This document shows positions 24,630 to 37,669 of a DNA stretch of 64,000 nt, one piece after another. Every line of letters starts with the position of its first letter. The first letter of the stretch is position 1. Source of the stretch: a virus (Duplodnaviria; Heunggongvirae; Uroviricota; Caudoviricetes); the IMG/VR virus record IMGVR_UViG_3300003310_000099, positions 266,295 through 330,294 of that record; one strand, 5' to 3'. The position numbers and the translations under genes were made by a program. A model generated the notes under the pieces. The model had not been told where the DNA came from, did no database searches, and saw only the letters and a program-made list of their open reading frames with translations.

Positions 24630-27095
24630 GCGGTGCTTAGCCGAGCAACTAGAGGGGCATAATGTTCTCTAGTTGCCTCGCCCCTTTAACCTTAGCTGTA
24701 CCGAGTAAACTATGAAACTAAATGAAAATCAACTAAACAGCCTACGCCGTAATATCGAAAAGGATATTGCAGACGCTACTGGACTTGAAATTGATAACGT
24801 CGAACAACGATGGGACCACTATCGAGCATGGTTCTCCTATGAGAACCGCAACGATAAGCTGATTCGTGGTTACATTGATTTTAAGGCCCATTTCTGTGAG
24901 AATAACCTGGAAGATTTTACTGAGGTGTAAAAGTGGATGAACGCCCTCACATGGTTCAAGTAATTCGCAATCAGCATCAAGGCAATACAGCAATTCTGCT
25001 TGCTTTGAATGAATTAGAATTTCATCTGTGCAGACATTACACGGAAATTCTAATTCAAAAGGAAAAAGAGTTTAATAAAGCACTCGAAATGAGGCAAACT
25101 AATGCACTTCAATGTAATCAATGATGAATACAAGGAAGAAGTTAGGGTTGCTGTTCACGATGATGAATGGAATCCTATTGAATTCTTCCGTTTTCATTCA
25201 GGGCATCCTTTGATTGGGAAGTCTGATGAACGAATCATCGCCTATTGTATGGAGAAACTCAATGCCAAAAAGTAAAATTCCTGTCAGTACCCTACGCCGT
25301 GGCCTTCCCCAAATCCCTGTCAACGTAACCAATGTTACGTTAAAGGAAACCGAACGTCATGGCGACGTGAATGACCCCGAAAAGGGTAATCGTGCCGATG
25401 TTTATTTCGGCGGCACCATTACCGTCAATGGCAAGGTTCTCCCTTGTGAAGTCCACCTATTTCGAGTGGATAAGGAAGGCTGGAATAAAGGTTCATGGTA
25501 TGTCACCATGAGCGTGAATGAAAATAAGAATTGGAATGAGAACGTATCCACAAGGGATATGTTCGATGCACTGCCCGAACACTGCAAGGAATGCCATAAG
25601 GAAAGCTATGTCGGCAAGGCATTCGCAGAAGCTGTTTTCCCATTGCTCCGCAGCAAGGGGTTTAATCTGGCCCCTGGTGTCGGCTACAGAGGCCAAAACT
25701 GCGATTGGTGGATGATGGACGTTACTTGTGATAAACAAGGTGAACGAATTGCGGGTAGTCGCTCCCGTCGATTCACCTACAAGCAACGTCGCCAAGTGAC
25801 CTGTCCTATTCATGGCGAATTCATTCAAGAGACTGAGGAATCATCGCTGTGATTAGAATAGAAAAACGATACCCGAATCATCCTGAATCCCCTTATCTGG
25901 TCATTAACCAAAAATCACCAGATAAGGGGCAAATTATCGCAACCATCATCCCTCATACTTTCCTTGAGGATGAAGATAAAATCGCCCTGGACAAGTGGCT
26001 CAAAAACCTTAGCTGTACCGAGTAAAACATGAACGACAACGATTACTTCAATCTGATGCGGAAAGAAACTGCCCAAAAGTTGCTCAGTGAGACTGCCATT
26101 ATTGCAGCCGCACTGGAAGACTTGGCCAATGACCGTAATGTAAGCGAAGCACAACGAACGCTTCGTGACCACATTGATGGTAATTGGCACGCTGTTGTAG
26201 TGGGCAACTGTACATCAGTGGGCCATCTTCTATACGAAGATTGTCCTGAACAGGAGAATTAAATGGACCTGGATGATATTCCGCAAAACGAGATTGATTT
26301 GCCAATGGGCGTTACGGAAGTTGAGTACGATACAGAAGCTGAAATGAAGGCTTTTATCGACGGGCTTCAGTTCGCTGATGACATTGACGTGAACAATAGC
26401 AATTATTTCGTGCGGAATGGCAAATTCATCGTGCGTGTTGTCGTCGGTGATTGGGACGAATAAACCTTAGCTGTACCAAGGAGAATGTAATGCTTGATGC
26501 AATTATGCTGATGCTACACGGTATGGGGTCAGTTGACAGTGGCGTTGAAACTGTCCTGAATGAAGACACCTACCGAGGTTTCATCAATCTGATTCAGTCA
26601 GTGTATGGCGATCATGCCGCTGACGTTGTTCTGTCTACATTCGTCAAGCGTGACGACGGTTCCTATGCGTGCGTCATGGAATCGACCGACGAAGCCTTTG
26701 AACTCTGTCTACTTGGAAAGGGCTAAACATGGATTTGCCGAAGCTGAAAGATTATGGCAATTCGCCTTCGACCCGATTCCTGAATATCGGACCCGTTACG
26801 GTCTGGTTCAGTTATGAAACGCCTATTGCGTTTCGTGTGGACGGTGGACCGCAACGAGTGCTGGACTATAAGGGCAGTCGCACCACTTTCCGCCATCTGA
26901 ATATGATTGATGGCGGCAATAAGGATGCTCGTCTGTCTCAGACTGAATTTCAGAAGCTGTGGGAAAAGGAAGTGGTGCTGAGGGCGAAAGCTTAGCTGTA
27001 CCAAGTGATCTGAGCGGAACGTTGCTCTCCGCTATATAAGACAGAGCAACTTAGTCGGTGGTAAAGGCTTCGAGCCGTGACACTGGATGACAAAA

Positions 27096-27146
27096 GCCTC
27101 TGTGGTAATGAATCTGAAATCGCTGGTTTGATCCCAGCCAGAGGCG
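27096..27146 (+). ncRNA. tRNA-like minihelix (acceptor and T arm only) in an ORF-less unit between two motifs
   Basis: GCCTCTG/CAGAGGC acceptor; GCTGG-TTTGATC-CCAGC T arm; only about 19 nt in place of the D and anticodon arms. Confidence 0.45.
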
Positions 27147-27206
27147 ACAAAAGCTTAGCTGTACCAAGTAGTTTGTTCCGACACTGATAACAAAGGGGAG
27201 AACAAA

Positions 27207-27920
27207 ATGGCAAAGAAGAATGACCGTCCGACGTTTGCAGTTCCTCAAGCAATTCTGCCGTCCGTTGAGCGATTCATCGCTGCAAAGCAAGTCGCTGAAA
27301 TGGCCGAAAGCCGTATGAAGGCCGAGGAAGGCATCGTCAAGGAAACCATGATTGATAGCTTTGCGGAAAGCATCGTCAAGCTGCGTTGCAAGCCCACCAA
27401 TCCGCGTATGACCATCGCCAAGGATGGTAAACCCGATATTGAGTGCTTGTTCCAAGTTCAGTCCAAGTTCTATCCCCAGGCCGCACAAGGGGATGGACCA
27501 GTCAGCGAACGCCTCAAGGCTGCTTTCGTTGCCGCTGGTGTCTCTGACGAAACCGCCGATAAGCTGCTCAAGTTTGAAGTGGCTTGTGAAGATAAAACCA
27601 CTTTGCGACCATTCAGCGAATTGATGAATGGTGCGCCCGTTGAGCAAGAATTGGCTGGTCGGGTTATGAAGCTCTTACTCGAAAACTTCACCGATCAGGA
27701 ACGCGCTTTGATCCTCCAACCAAGTGAGAAGATCGAAGTCAAGGATGGTTTCTTTGAACGCCTTGGTATGTACGTCAAGGATAAGGCGGAAGCCTTGGCT
27801 GCGATTCGGGTTATGAAGCCTGTTAGCTTTATGTCTCACATGAAGCTGGGCCTCAGTGAAACGCCGCAAGGTCGCCTCAACCGCCTCTTTGAGTACGCCA
27901 AGAGCATGATTTGTGGCTAA
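27207..27920 (+). CDS. Hypothetical protein
   Basis: 237-aa ORF with GGGGAG RBS, followed by a terminator. Confidence 0.8.
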   Translation: MAKKNDRPTFAVPQAILPSVERFIAAKQVAEMAESRMKAEEGIVKETMIDSFAESIVKLRCKPTNPRMTIAKDGKPDIECLFQVQSKFYPQAAQGDGPVSERLKAAFVAAGVSDETADKLLKFEVACEDKTTLRPFSELMNGAPVEQELAGRVMKLLLENFTDQERALILQPSEKIEVKDGFFERLGMYVKDKAEALAAIRVMKPVSFMSHMKLGLSETPQGRLNRLFEYAKSMICG

Positions 27921-27925
27921 ATTAA

Positions 27926-27963
27926 AGAGTCCAGAGCGTAAAAACCTCTGGACTCTCTTTCTT
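27926..27963 (+). terminator. Intrinsic terminator
   Basis: AGAGTCCAGAG/CTCTGGACTCT stem with pyrimidine tail. Confidence 0.65.
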
Positions 27964-30900
27964 GCCTGAGTAAACTATGAACCTAAAAGATGAAATCACC
28001 CGTATTGAACAAGAAATGGCCAATATGGTTAATAAAGCCATGAATAGGAGCAATATGAACGAAGATTACGAAGAAAACATCTTTGAAGATGACGACCTCA
28101 CTCCAGATGAGGATGGTTTACTCAATCGTGGCGAAATGACTTTGGCCGAATTTGACGATGCAAATGTCCCCGTTGATATTTGGCTTGAAGAATTGAATAA
28201 AGATAATGCCGATGATGATTTGGCCATCTATAATGCAGGCTATCGCTATTCCCTTCGCTGTGGCAATTATATGCCGCGTAAAGGTAGCGTAAGTGAAGGT
28301 GCCGTCAATGCCTTTGGCAAAGATAAAGAAACAATGCAGAAGGCAATTAACAAATACATTCTGCCTTTGTATCAGACTGCCATTAGCAAAATCACTAAGA
28401 TGGCTGAGACAGGCAACGGCGATCTGTACTATTGGAGCAACGACTAATACCTTAGCTGTACTGAGTAAATCATGAACACCCTCGATAATTGGTTCAAAAA
28501 GATCGAAGAGTATAAGCAAAAAGCAAAGCTGGGTACTCTCACCAAGGAAGAACAAGAAGATTGGGATTTCATGGAGGAAAAGCTTGAAGATTGGCGCTCC
28601 GATTATTACGGCATGGAGAATTACTAATGGACAAAGTTACGGAAGCTATGGGCTATGAAGTTGACCCACAACAAATCGAAAATGCTGTCCATGAGCATCA
28701 AAATGTCAGTACCGCACGCCTCAAACGTGAACTCAAGCGATTGGAAACTGTTTTTAACGCTAAGGGTGGACGTGGCGTAGACTTGGCCGATCAGATTGAC
28801 AACATCCGTATCGCTATCGCAGTAAGGGAGTAAAATGTGGTTTCTTTATCACCTTGATAATCAAGGTATAATTTTGGACAAAGTTGACTTGGAACTGCAT
28901 CACGCCGATTGGGTAAATAACAACAATAAGGCTATTTTCCCAAAAATGGGAAAGGGCGATAGCGTAGTAGCTACCCAAAATGATATGCCTGTTGGTGTCT
29001 CTAATTGGGAAACTACCCTCTGTTGCCCAAAGTGCCTAAAGTACCACTACACATATCAGGAGTGTAAAGTGAAGAATATCGCCATTGACCCCATTGAACA
29101 AACTATCAAGTTAGGCGTCATTACGCTTGGCATTATTGCAGTGCTGGCAATCGGCAGTACCGTACTCTTTATCGTTTTGCTGATTAGCCTGTTCTCCATC
29201 CTGTTCGGCGGCATTGTCCTGGCCCTTATACCTTAGCTGTACCAAGTGAACTATGAAACTCAAAGTCAACGATGTTATCCTGGTTCATGGCTTCGTCATG
29301 CTCAGTGGGCTGGAAGATGGACAGAAATACCGTGTCCATTCTACCCCTGATTATTACCAAAACCCAACCTATCAGTTTACCAAAGCAAAAGGTAAAAAGG
29401 TTGTCTGCCGTCACTATGCAAGCAGTGTCGATGCCATGATTCAGGAAAATAACCTTAACCGAATTGAGGTGCTGTAATGGACGAAATTTTCTTCACGGTG
29501 GTTGACCCAATCAGCGAAGGTCTGGAAAACCGTATCTATATCGACATTAACAAGGAAGATGGCTTTGCCACCGTTGCAGGCACGTCAATCGACGCTCAAC
29601 AGTTGGCCGAATTGGGCATCCTTTTGTTTGCCATTGCCAACCAGATTGGCAAGCCTGACCTCGATTCGTGCAATGAATTGCTCGATGGCTATAACATTCC
29701 TCTCCCCAAGAATGCACTCATGGAGGTTGCTACTGATGCCTAGAATCTATACGTCAGCCAATGACCCCATTGACTTCTGCCGCCGCTGCTTCCCCAAGGA
29801 ATCCACGGCAAATAAACTGTACGCCAACGTAGGTGATGGTCCCGACAAGCGTGGCAATTGCTTCGATTATGACGCCGACCATCCCAATTACGAAGAAACC
29901 GATTACAAATGCTATAGCTGCCGTAAGCTGTTGACCGAAAAGGACAACTATGCTCTGTCCTAATGTTACAACACAACCAGACCGCGATGAAGATGGTAAA
30001 CTTGTCTTCAAAAAGCGGCCCCATAAAATCATGGGCAAAGGTGTCGTCACTTGCACCAAATGTAATACTTCTTGGTGCTGCTGCGAATGCGCAGTCGAAT
30101 GCGATGCACTCGATCATCACTATTTTGATATGATTTATGAACATGAAGGCAAAACACCACCAGTCTACGAAGTGGTGTGCTGCAAGTGTTCGGGTAATAA
30201 ACCATCGTGGACCGACCGCGATTAACCTTAGCTGTACCAATGAGAAAAGATCAACCACTGTATCGTCAATACCTGGAAGCTGTTATCAAGTCACTCCTTG
30301 CCGAACGTGAATTAAACGGCAAGGGTGATTTTGATAAGATTGAAGGCATAGATTTTCAAGGCAACTCTGCCTATTATATGCCGTACAACATTAAAGAGGC
30401 TATCAATGAAAGACTTTAATTCGGGCGAACGCTTGGCCCTGGAATGGGTGCAACAGCAGCTGGAAGACCTCCTTGATAAAAAGGATATTACCGATAAGGA
30501 AGTCAAAATCGTCTCGGAACGTATCTGCCGACGAATTGACAAAATCTGGAGCGAACAGTGAACGAGTTAATCTTCCAAGATGCAGTCAGTGGCCTCACCG
30601 AATACTATCCATTTTTAATGGATGAGTCACTGGTAGGCGAATTTGAATCCTGTATCAAATACCCCAATTCAGGCAATAACCAACTAGATTACCAAAACGT
30701 CAGGGATCAATTAGAAAAAATCTGCCGTAAATTTGAATATCTTTTGATCTACAAAGAAGTAAAGAGGATGCCGTGAGCGAAAAACAAGAATTCAATGATG
30801 TAGTCGAAGCTATCCAGTTTAGATTGGAACAACTGAATAGCATGGGCTATAAAATGACCGATCAATTCGTTGCCCGATTGATTGCTAAATACTGCGTTGA

Positions 30901-33900
30901 CGTGGCACCAATCATCGTCCGAGAAGGAATTAAAGAATGAAAAAAATTCACGCTGGCCTCACAATCCTACTCAAATACGGCGATGGCCATATTTGCGCAG
31001 AACATGACGAAATCTTTGCAGGTAGCGATAAAGCTACCCCCGAAACTATGTCCAAAGAAGATTTAGACGCACTTGAAGAACTCGGCTGGTCCTGGCATGA
31101 TACCGATAGCTGGCACCATTTTGTCTAAACCTTAGCTGTACCAAGTAAACCATGAACCACTGCAAAAGCTGCCTCGAACCTGAAACTCAACCCGATGGTG
31201 TCATCGACCTAATCGAAGGTCTTTGTGACTATTGCCGCGAAAAACAAGAATACGGCAAAATCCTCACCCAAGACCTAATCGAATCTGGAGATTTTGACTA
31301 TGAAACTACTTAATCGCCTTACCCAACTGTCTATGCTGTGGCTGCTCTATTGGAGAAAACGATGAAAAAGTATAAATATAGCATCGAATTTATTACCGAT
31401 GCCCCAATCTCCGAACGCGAACAATGCCTGCTCGCTGAAAAATTACACCAGCTTATCGTTGAAGCTGGTGCCGCAAGCGGCGAAGAAGTCTATGCAATGG
31501 CAGGCTTTGAAAAGCCTGTTGAAGTGACTGAATCAGAATTAACCCAATTCAAATTGGAGGCAGGGTACTAATGCCACAAGTAATCGAAATCCTCGATAAT
31601 GTCATCATCGGTATCCATAAGTGCAAAACCAATGTCCAAGCCATTGACCTCTTCAAATCTATCATCAAGGAAAATATCCACGGCGCAGACCGTTGGCCCG
31701 ATGAAGATTTTAACTCCGTGGTCGGTGAAGGCTATATCATGCTCGATGGTCAAAATGGCTCCATCTGCCTTAATATGGAGTAAATCATGACAATGCAAGC
31801 AGTTAAGAAGAAACTGGATGAACTTAATAAGGCTATTAAAGCCTTGGAAACACCCCAGCCAAAGGTTATTAAAATGCCACTGGCCATTATGGGTGTGTTC
31901 CGTGGCGATGTGTGGTATTACCCTCCAAACAAAAAATTTGGTATCGTTTACTACACCGTCAAATCGGTTAATAAGAGGAAGAACCGAGTAGAATTCACCG
32001 ATGGCGGCTGGAATCCCTACGACGATATGATTAAAGGGCAATGGGTACTCGTCGCACGACAATTCACCGCAACCATCCGTAAGAAAGCAGAAAACCTTAG
32101 CTGTACCGAGTAAACCATGAAGACTAAAGAACACTACGAGTTTGGCGAATGCCCTGATTGCGGCGAAGATATCCCCCGATAATGCCGTAAGTGGCGAAGA
32201 ATGCCATAACTGCGGCCATGTCTGGAATACCGTCTGCGATGATTGTGGCACTGAATTCAAATCCTTTATGAAAGAAACAAACTCAACCCTGGAGGAAGTT
32301 TATGGCTGTCCGAAATGTTCTTAATAAACTGCGTTGGTGGCTCTTTCATGCAAAACACCCCAATTATGCCCATGAACACTCTGTCTTTAACACCAATGGC
32401 ATGAAAGATTTCCAGAAACTACTCGACAAAATTACCTTCCCTGGCTACACTTTCGAGCTAGGTGAACAAAATGGTAATATGTTCGTCCGTGTTAAATACA
32501 ATGAACCCGATGTATTCACAGGCGTCAACGAAACTCAGTACGGACGGAAATGGTGGCTTGAACCCGAAAATGATGAAATGCAATTCATCCAAACCTGTTT
32601 CAAAGCCCTACTAACGTCCCTCGAACATCGCGCCAGAGAAAATTTCAAGTACGATGGGCTGCCCATTAACTTCCCCCACCGTACCCTCAAAGAAGCCTGC
32701 GAACAGGCTAAACGGGAAAAGTCAACCGTAAATATGCCCCCAATCGAATTCACCTTCAAAGATGAATTCAAACAACATCTGAGGGCACAGTTTAATAAGG
32801 CAGTATATGAAACAAAAAATCCTTAATCTAGTCACCTTAGACCAATCGCTCCGCTCCAAAGTTGACTCCTGGGACGCCGAAGATGGGGAGCTAATTGACT
32901 TAAATAAGGAAATTGGCCTGTCACGCTCCCTAAGTGTCCCATATTACCAAACTCCAATGCACGCCATTGGTGACGGGTGGCGGCTTATCGCCCCTCCCGT
33001 CTTTATCAAAAATTACATAAACGATATCAACGCCTATGAATGGTGGTTTGAAAAATGAAAAATTATCACTACCATTGGCTCCATATCCCTACAGGGAAAT
33101 CAGGCACAAGCACAGTCGCTAATATCGACCGCCTAACATTCCTCGAATACCTCAATCGCTGGAACCAAAGCGGGTCCGATTGGAAGTATTGGGAGATACC
33201 TTAGCTGTACCAAGGATATCATGTTCAAAATCCTAAAACGTACCGTCAAAAACAACACATTGGGCAATTGGTTCCCTATCTGGTCCTCCACTGATGGACA
33301 AGATACCGCCAATTACCTCAAACAATGCGTCGAAGCTCAACCCGATGCCCATTTCAAAATGGTGTTTGAATGTTTACCAACGAACAAGCCCAAGTAATCG
33401 CTGAATCAATCTACCAGTCTTGGAAATGGGGCGATACCTCCCTTGAACCTAATGACTGGTTCATGGTAAAAATGCCCCAGGATGTTCAAGACCTTTGCCA
33501 CGAAAGACTTGACAATGAAGTACACAAAATCACTGAATGAGGCTCTGCAAAATGCCCATCTTGAAGCTCTGTGTTTGAAAGCATGTGCCCTTACGTTGGA
33601 AGATGCCGATAGCCATAACCTTTTTCGGGAAATAGCAGATAAAATCAAACAGTGCAGAGAATTACTCAATAAACACGAATGGAAAACTATATGAAAGTCC
33701 ATGCAGATGATCTGTTCGCCGCCCTTGTAACCGCCATCGGCTACCAAACCGATAATGAAGTTAATTCCCAAAAACAACAAGGGCCGTTCCGTAAATCCCA
33801 ATTTCTCAAGAATTTAGAGAAAATGCTGGATGCCGTCAAACGTGGCGAACAACTACAACTGGTCTACCCCGATGACCTCAATGAATTAGGATAAACTATG

Positions 33901-35379
33901 AAACCAAACCAACTTAAATGGGACATGAACGACCCAACTACTGACCCAATGACCTATCTGCTCGATGCAGCAAATAGAAAACAAATGATCCAGGTAGATG
34001 CCTCTACTTTAGTCAAGTATCTTACCAAGGCTAAAGAGATTGCAGACAAAGCTACCAATATCGGCGGCGATCAAGCTGCACGCTTGAACTATCTCATGGA
34101 GGATGTTGTCAACTCCATTCCCCAAATGTTTCGCGTTATGGCCGATCCCCCCGATTACCTCGTTGGCATCGGCCCCGATCATGAATTCACCGTCACCGCA
34201 AGAACTCTGTCCAAAGAACGCGCAAAACAGATTGCGAACCTACTCAATGGCTAAAAAGAAATCCAAAAAAGATGAACTCGCCCAACTAGAACAATATGTC
34301 AGCTTCCTAAAGAACGCAATGGAGTCCGAAAACTTCAAGCAAAATGACCCCGAACGCTACGAAAAAGAAAAAGCTAAATACCAAAAAGCTAAATTCAGAC
34401 TGAAATGCCTGAAAGGGAAACCTTAGCTGTACCAAGTAAACTGCCCAAACCAAAGGAGATTATCATGAACGCCGAAAATATGAACCCCGATGCCTGCGGC
34501 GAACTCTACCCCAAAGGCTACCTAACACTCATCGACACCATCGCTAATGATATCTGCGATAGTAGCGATAACCCCGATAACCCACACGAAAATGAAATCG
34601 AAGCCTACTTTGAAGCCCTCGTAGGTGATGTTAAAGACCTACTCGAACGCCGTAAACTTACCTCAAGTCAGGAGTAAAATGGTAGAATTATCCAAGGCCC
34701 AAGTCGATGCAGGGGAATTAAATAACTTTAACCCCGAACGCTATGACGCCAAATGGAACCCCGATGGCAGCGTTACCCTCTATCCGCTCCTCTGGTGGGA
34801 TGACCAAAGCTATATAAGATACCAAACCCAGGAGTAACCAATGGCGGCTAGTTTTCAATATCCCTGTCACCCCTTCATGGACCCCAAGAAACGCTACCGT
34901 GTCCCTGTTAGATTCGGACAAGATAAAATTAGACATAGCCGCTGTAAAACCTGTGGGAAACGATACTCAATCCAACTTTCACCCAATGGACCTATTATTA
35001 AACATGAACCAAACTCAATACGGTAAATCCATTGGCTATGAAGACGCCTACCGTGAAGGCTATGCAGCAAAATACGAAGAATGGTTAGTACGCACTAACC
35101 CCTACCCAGAAGATACCGAAGAATTCCGTGGCTATGAAGATGGCTATTGCGAAGCTGTCCTGTTCTCCTGAGAGGTAATAACCTATGTGGCACCAAGACG
35201 ATAAAGATAGTTATACCATCGAATCATCCATGATGCAAAATGGTAATTGCCCCAAATGTAATCTCCCTATAACCAAAACACACCTGACCAAAACCGATAC
35301 CGATGCAGCAGGTGAAGATGTTTATGGTTGGCGTTATTACCATCCCTGCGGGGCTTCCCTGTTAATCATCAATGATTAA

Positions 35380-36260
35380 CTAAAAGTTATTAACGTCACA
35401 AATCTGCATCACAAATTATCCAGCTTGTGATGCCTAATCCTGTGATGCGTATGCACATGTGCGCGAAATTCATGGTTGCGTTAAATGGTTGAAAAACAAT
35501 AATTAGGTTGTGAATGGGCTTGTGATGTGCGTGCGTATGCACATGAGGGGTCTAGCCCCTCCTCATATAAGCCCCGCAAATCATTGTATAAAGCTTTAAT
35601 GTCAATTAAATAAATGAAACTAAAGAAAAGTGACCCTAGCCCCGTCTGTAATCTTTTCCTATTCAAAATAATCATTAAATTGATATTTAGGAAAAGATTA
35701 CATTGTGATGGGTGCGTGTTGTGATGGCGTGTATCCGCGTGTTGTGATGCGTATGTGCGTATGTGCGTATACGCACACATGAGGGAGGGGGAATTAAGAT
35801 GAAATTAAGGTTCAAGGGAACTGATACTTATTTGAATCACGATGGGATTATAATTGAATTCACCGAGTTGGTGGCTGAATGGTTATGTAAAGATTTCCCT
35901 GACCTGGAAATCGTTTATCCTCACGATTATCAAATCTAGTTTTGTGACGCAGGCACGCTCACATGTGTACATACGCTCACATGTGCCCTCGCGGGAGCGT
36001 ATGTACACATAGCATAGGTACATAAAAATAGACCAGGAAGAACTTTCGTCCTTCGCTGGTCTATTGAGAACCAACTCTGTCGCCCATCAGGTTGGTCCTA
36101 CACTCTTATCCTACCACATCCTCCACCATTGTCAAGCCACTATCCCCATTTTCTCCCAATTCATGCCACACCTCAACTTTCATGGCGAATTGGGTGGTGG
36201 AGTGTACAGCGTATGGTAGGGGGTGGGTAACAATATAGATGTGTTAAAATTTGCGTCAAT
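35380..36260. other. Long non-coding region with short iterated repeats; candidate replication origin
   Basis: Repeated TGTGATG, GCGTAT and CACATG units; AT-rich block at about 35590-35700; C-rich to G-rich strand switch across the gap. Confidence 0.5.
36108..36135 (-). promoter_or_regulatory. Sigma70-type promoter facing left
   Basis: Minus strand TTGACA-N16-TAGGAT with extended -10 TG. Confidence 0.5.
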
Positions 36261-36637
36261 TTAATTTAGCTTAGCTGTACCGAGTGGGTTGAGGCTCGAC
36301 GGAAATCTAACTGGAGGAAGCAGATGCGGGATATGGAGGGGAAGAGTTACGCTGACAGGGTTTACGCTACTGGTACGGCACAGAAGAGGAAGCGTGAGGC
36401 GGCAGACAAGGTGAGGGTGCGGCGTACCAGTAGGCGGAAGGCGAAAAATAAGCTTAGCTGTACCTAGTCGGTTGCGGTTTGACGCCGCAAGGTGGTGTCC
36501 CGTAACGTTTTGGGTCTTGGGGGCGGTTTATTCTGGACTAGAAAAACTGAAACTAGATTTACAAAACGTAGAATTGGGCTAGAATAAAGCTTAGCTGTAC
36601 TGAGTCGAGTGGGTCGAGAACACAACTTTTCAGGAGA

Positions 36638-37627
36638 ATGACAATGGTTGCAGCACTGGAACTGAACGCCAACGGGACCGCGAACATGGCTTATGTTGGT
36701 GAGACGCCGTGGCATCGTTTGGGTACGGTGGTGGATGAGGCGGCGGCGTATGACGCTGAGGGTTTCATCAAGGCGGCTGGTTTGGATTGGGAAGCGGAAA
36801 AGGTGCGGTTGCAGACGTGCGACACTCAGGAAGCGGTGGACGCCTATATGGTTCGTCGGACTTCGGACAAGAAGAAGTTGGCGGATTCGGTGGGCGCACG
36901 GTACACGATTCTTCAGAATCGGGATGCGTTCAAGTGGTTCCAACCGTGGCTGGACGAAAAGGCGGCTGCGTTGCACACTGCGGGCGCTCTGTTCGAGGGT
37001 AGTCGCATCTGGATTTTGGCCAAGTTGAACCGTGATCCGATGGAGATTGCGGCGGGCGACATTGTTGAGAAGTATGTGCTTCTCAGTCATTCGCACGACG
37101 GTACGTTGGCGATTCGGTGCGGTTTCACGCCGATTCGGGTGGTTTGTTGGAATACGTTGAGCATGGCTCATTCCAACGATGCGTCGAAGCTGATTCGGGT
37201 GAAGCACAGTAAGAACGTCATCACGAATTTGGAAAACATTCGTGAGACGATGAACTTGGTGAATGCCGAGTTCGAGGCGACTGCGGAGCAGTATCGCATG
37301 TTGGCTTCCAAGTCGATCAATCAGGCCGACTTGAAGAAGTACATCAAGAAGGTTTTCTCCCTGGACGGGGTTGAAGACAAGGACATTAGCACGCGGTCCA
37401 AGAACATCATGGATGAGGTGATCGGGCTTTGTGAGGCGGGCAAGGGCAACAATCTGCCCTCCGTTCGCGGAACCTACTGGTCCGCGTACAATGGCGTAAC
37501 TGAATACCTCAGTTACGTTTCGGGCCGCAACGAGTCCAACCGAATGGATTCGCTGTGGTTCGGGAAGGCGAACGGCACGAATGCCGACGCCTTGGCCTAC
37601 GCCGTGGAAATGGCGATGGCGGTTTAA
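36638..37627 (+). CDS. DUF932 family phage/plasmid protein
   Basis: ETPWHRLG, AGLDW, YTILQN, TAGALFEG, SHDGT, TPIRVVCWNTL, GTYWSAYNGVTEY. Confidence 0.88.
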   Translation: MTMVAALELNANGTANMAYVGETPWHRLGTVVDEAAAYDAEGFIKAAGLDWEAEKVRLQTCDTQEAVDAYMVRRTSDKKKLADSVGARYTILQNRDAFKWFQPWLDEKAAALHTAGALFEGSRIWILAKLNRDPMEIAAGDIVEKYVLLSHSHDGTLAIRCGFTPIRVVCWNTLSMAHSNDASKLIRVKHSKNVITNLENIRETMNLVNAEFEATAEQYRMLASKSINQADLKKYIKKVFSLDGVEDKDISTRSKNIMDEVIGLCEAGKGNNLPSVRGTYWSAYNGVTEYLSYVSGRNESNRMDSLWFGKANGTNADALAYAVEMAMAV

Positions 37628-37635
37628 GGGATGAG

Positions 37636-37669
37636 GTGAGGGGGAGTAAAATCTCCCTCACTTTTTTTT
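37636..37669 (+). terminator. Intrinsic terminator
   Basis: GTGAGGGGGAG/CTCCCTCAC stem followed by T8. Confidence 0.8.

Noticed and set aside
35481-36074. Minus-strand ORFs 35481-35780 and 35883-36074
   Set aside because: They are low-complexity translations of the repeat region with no RBS.
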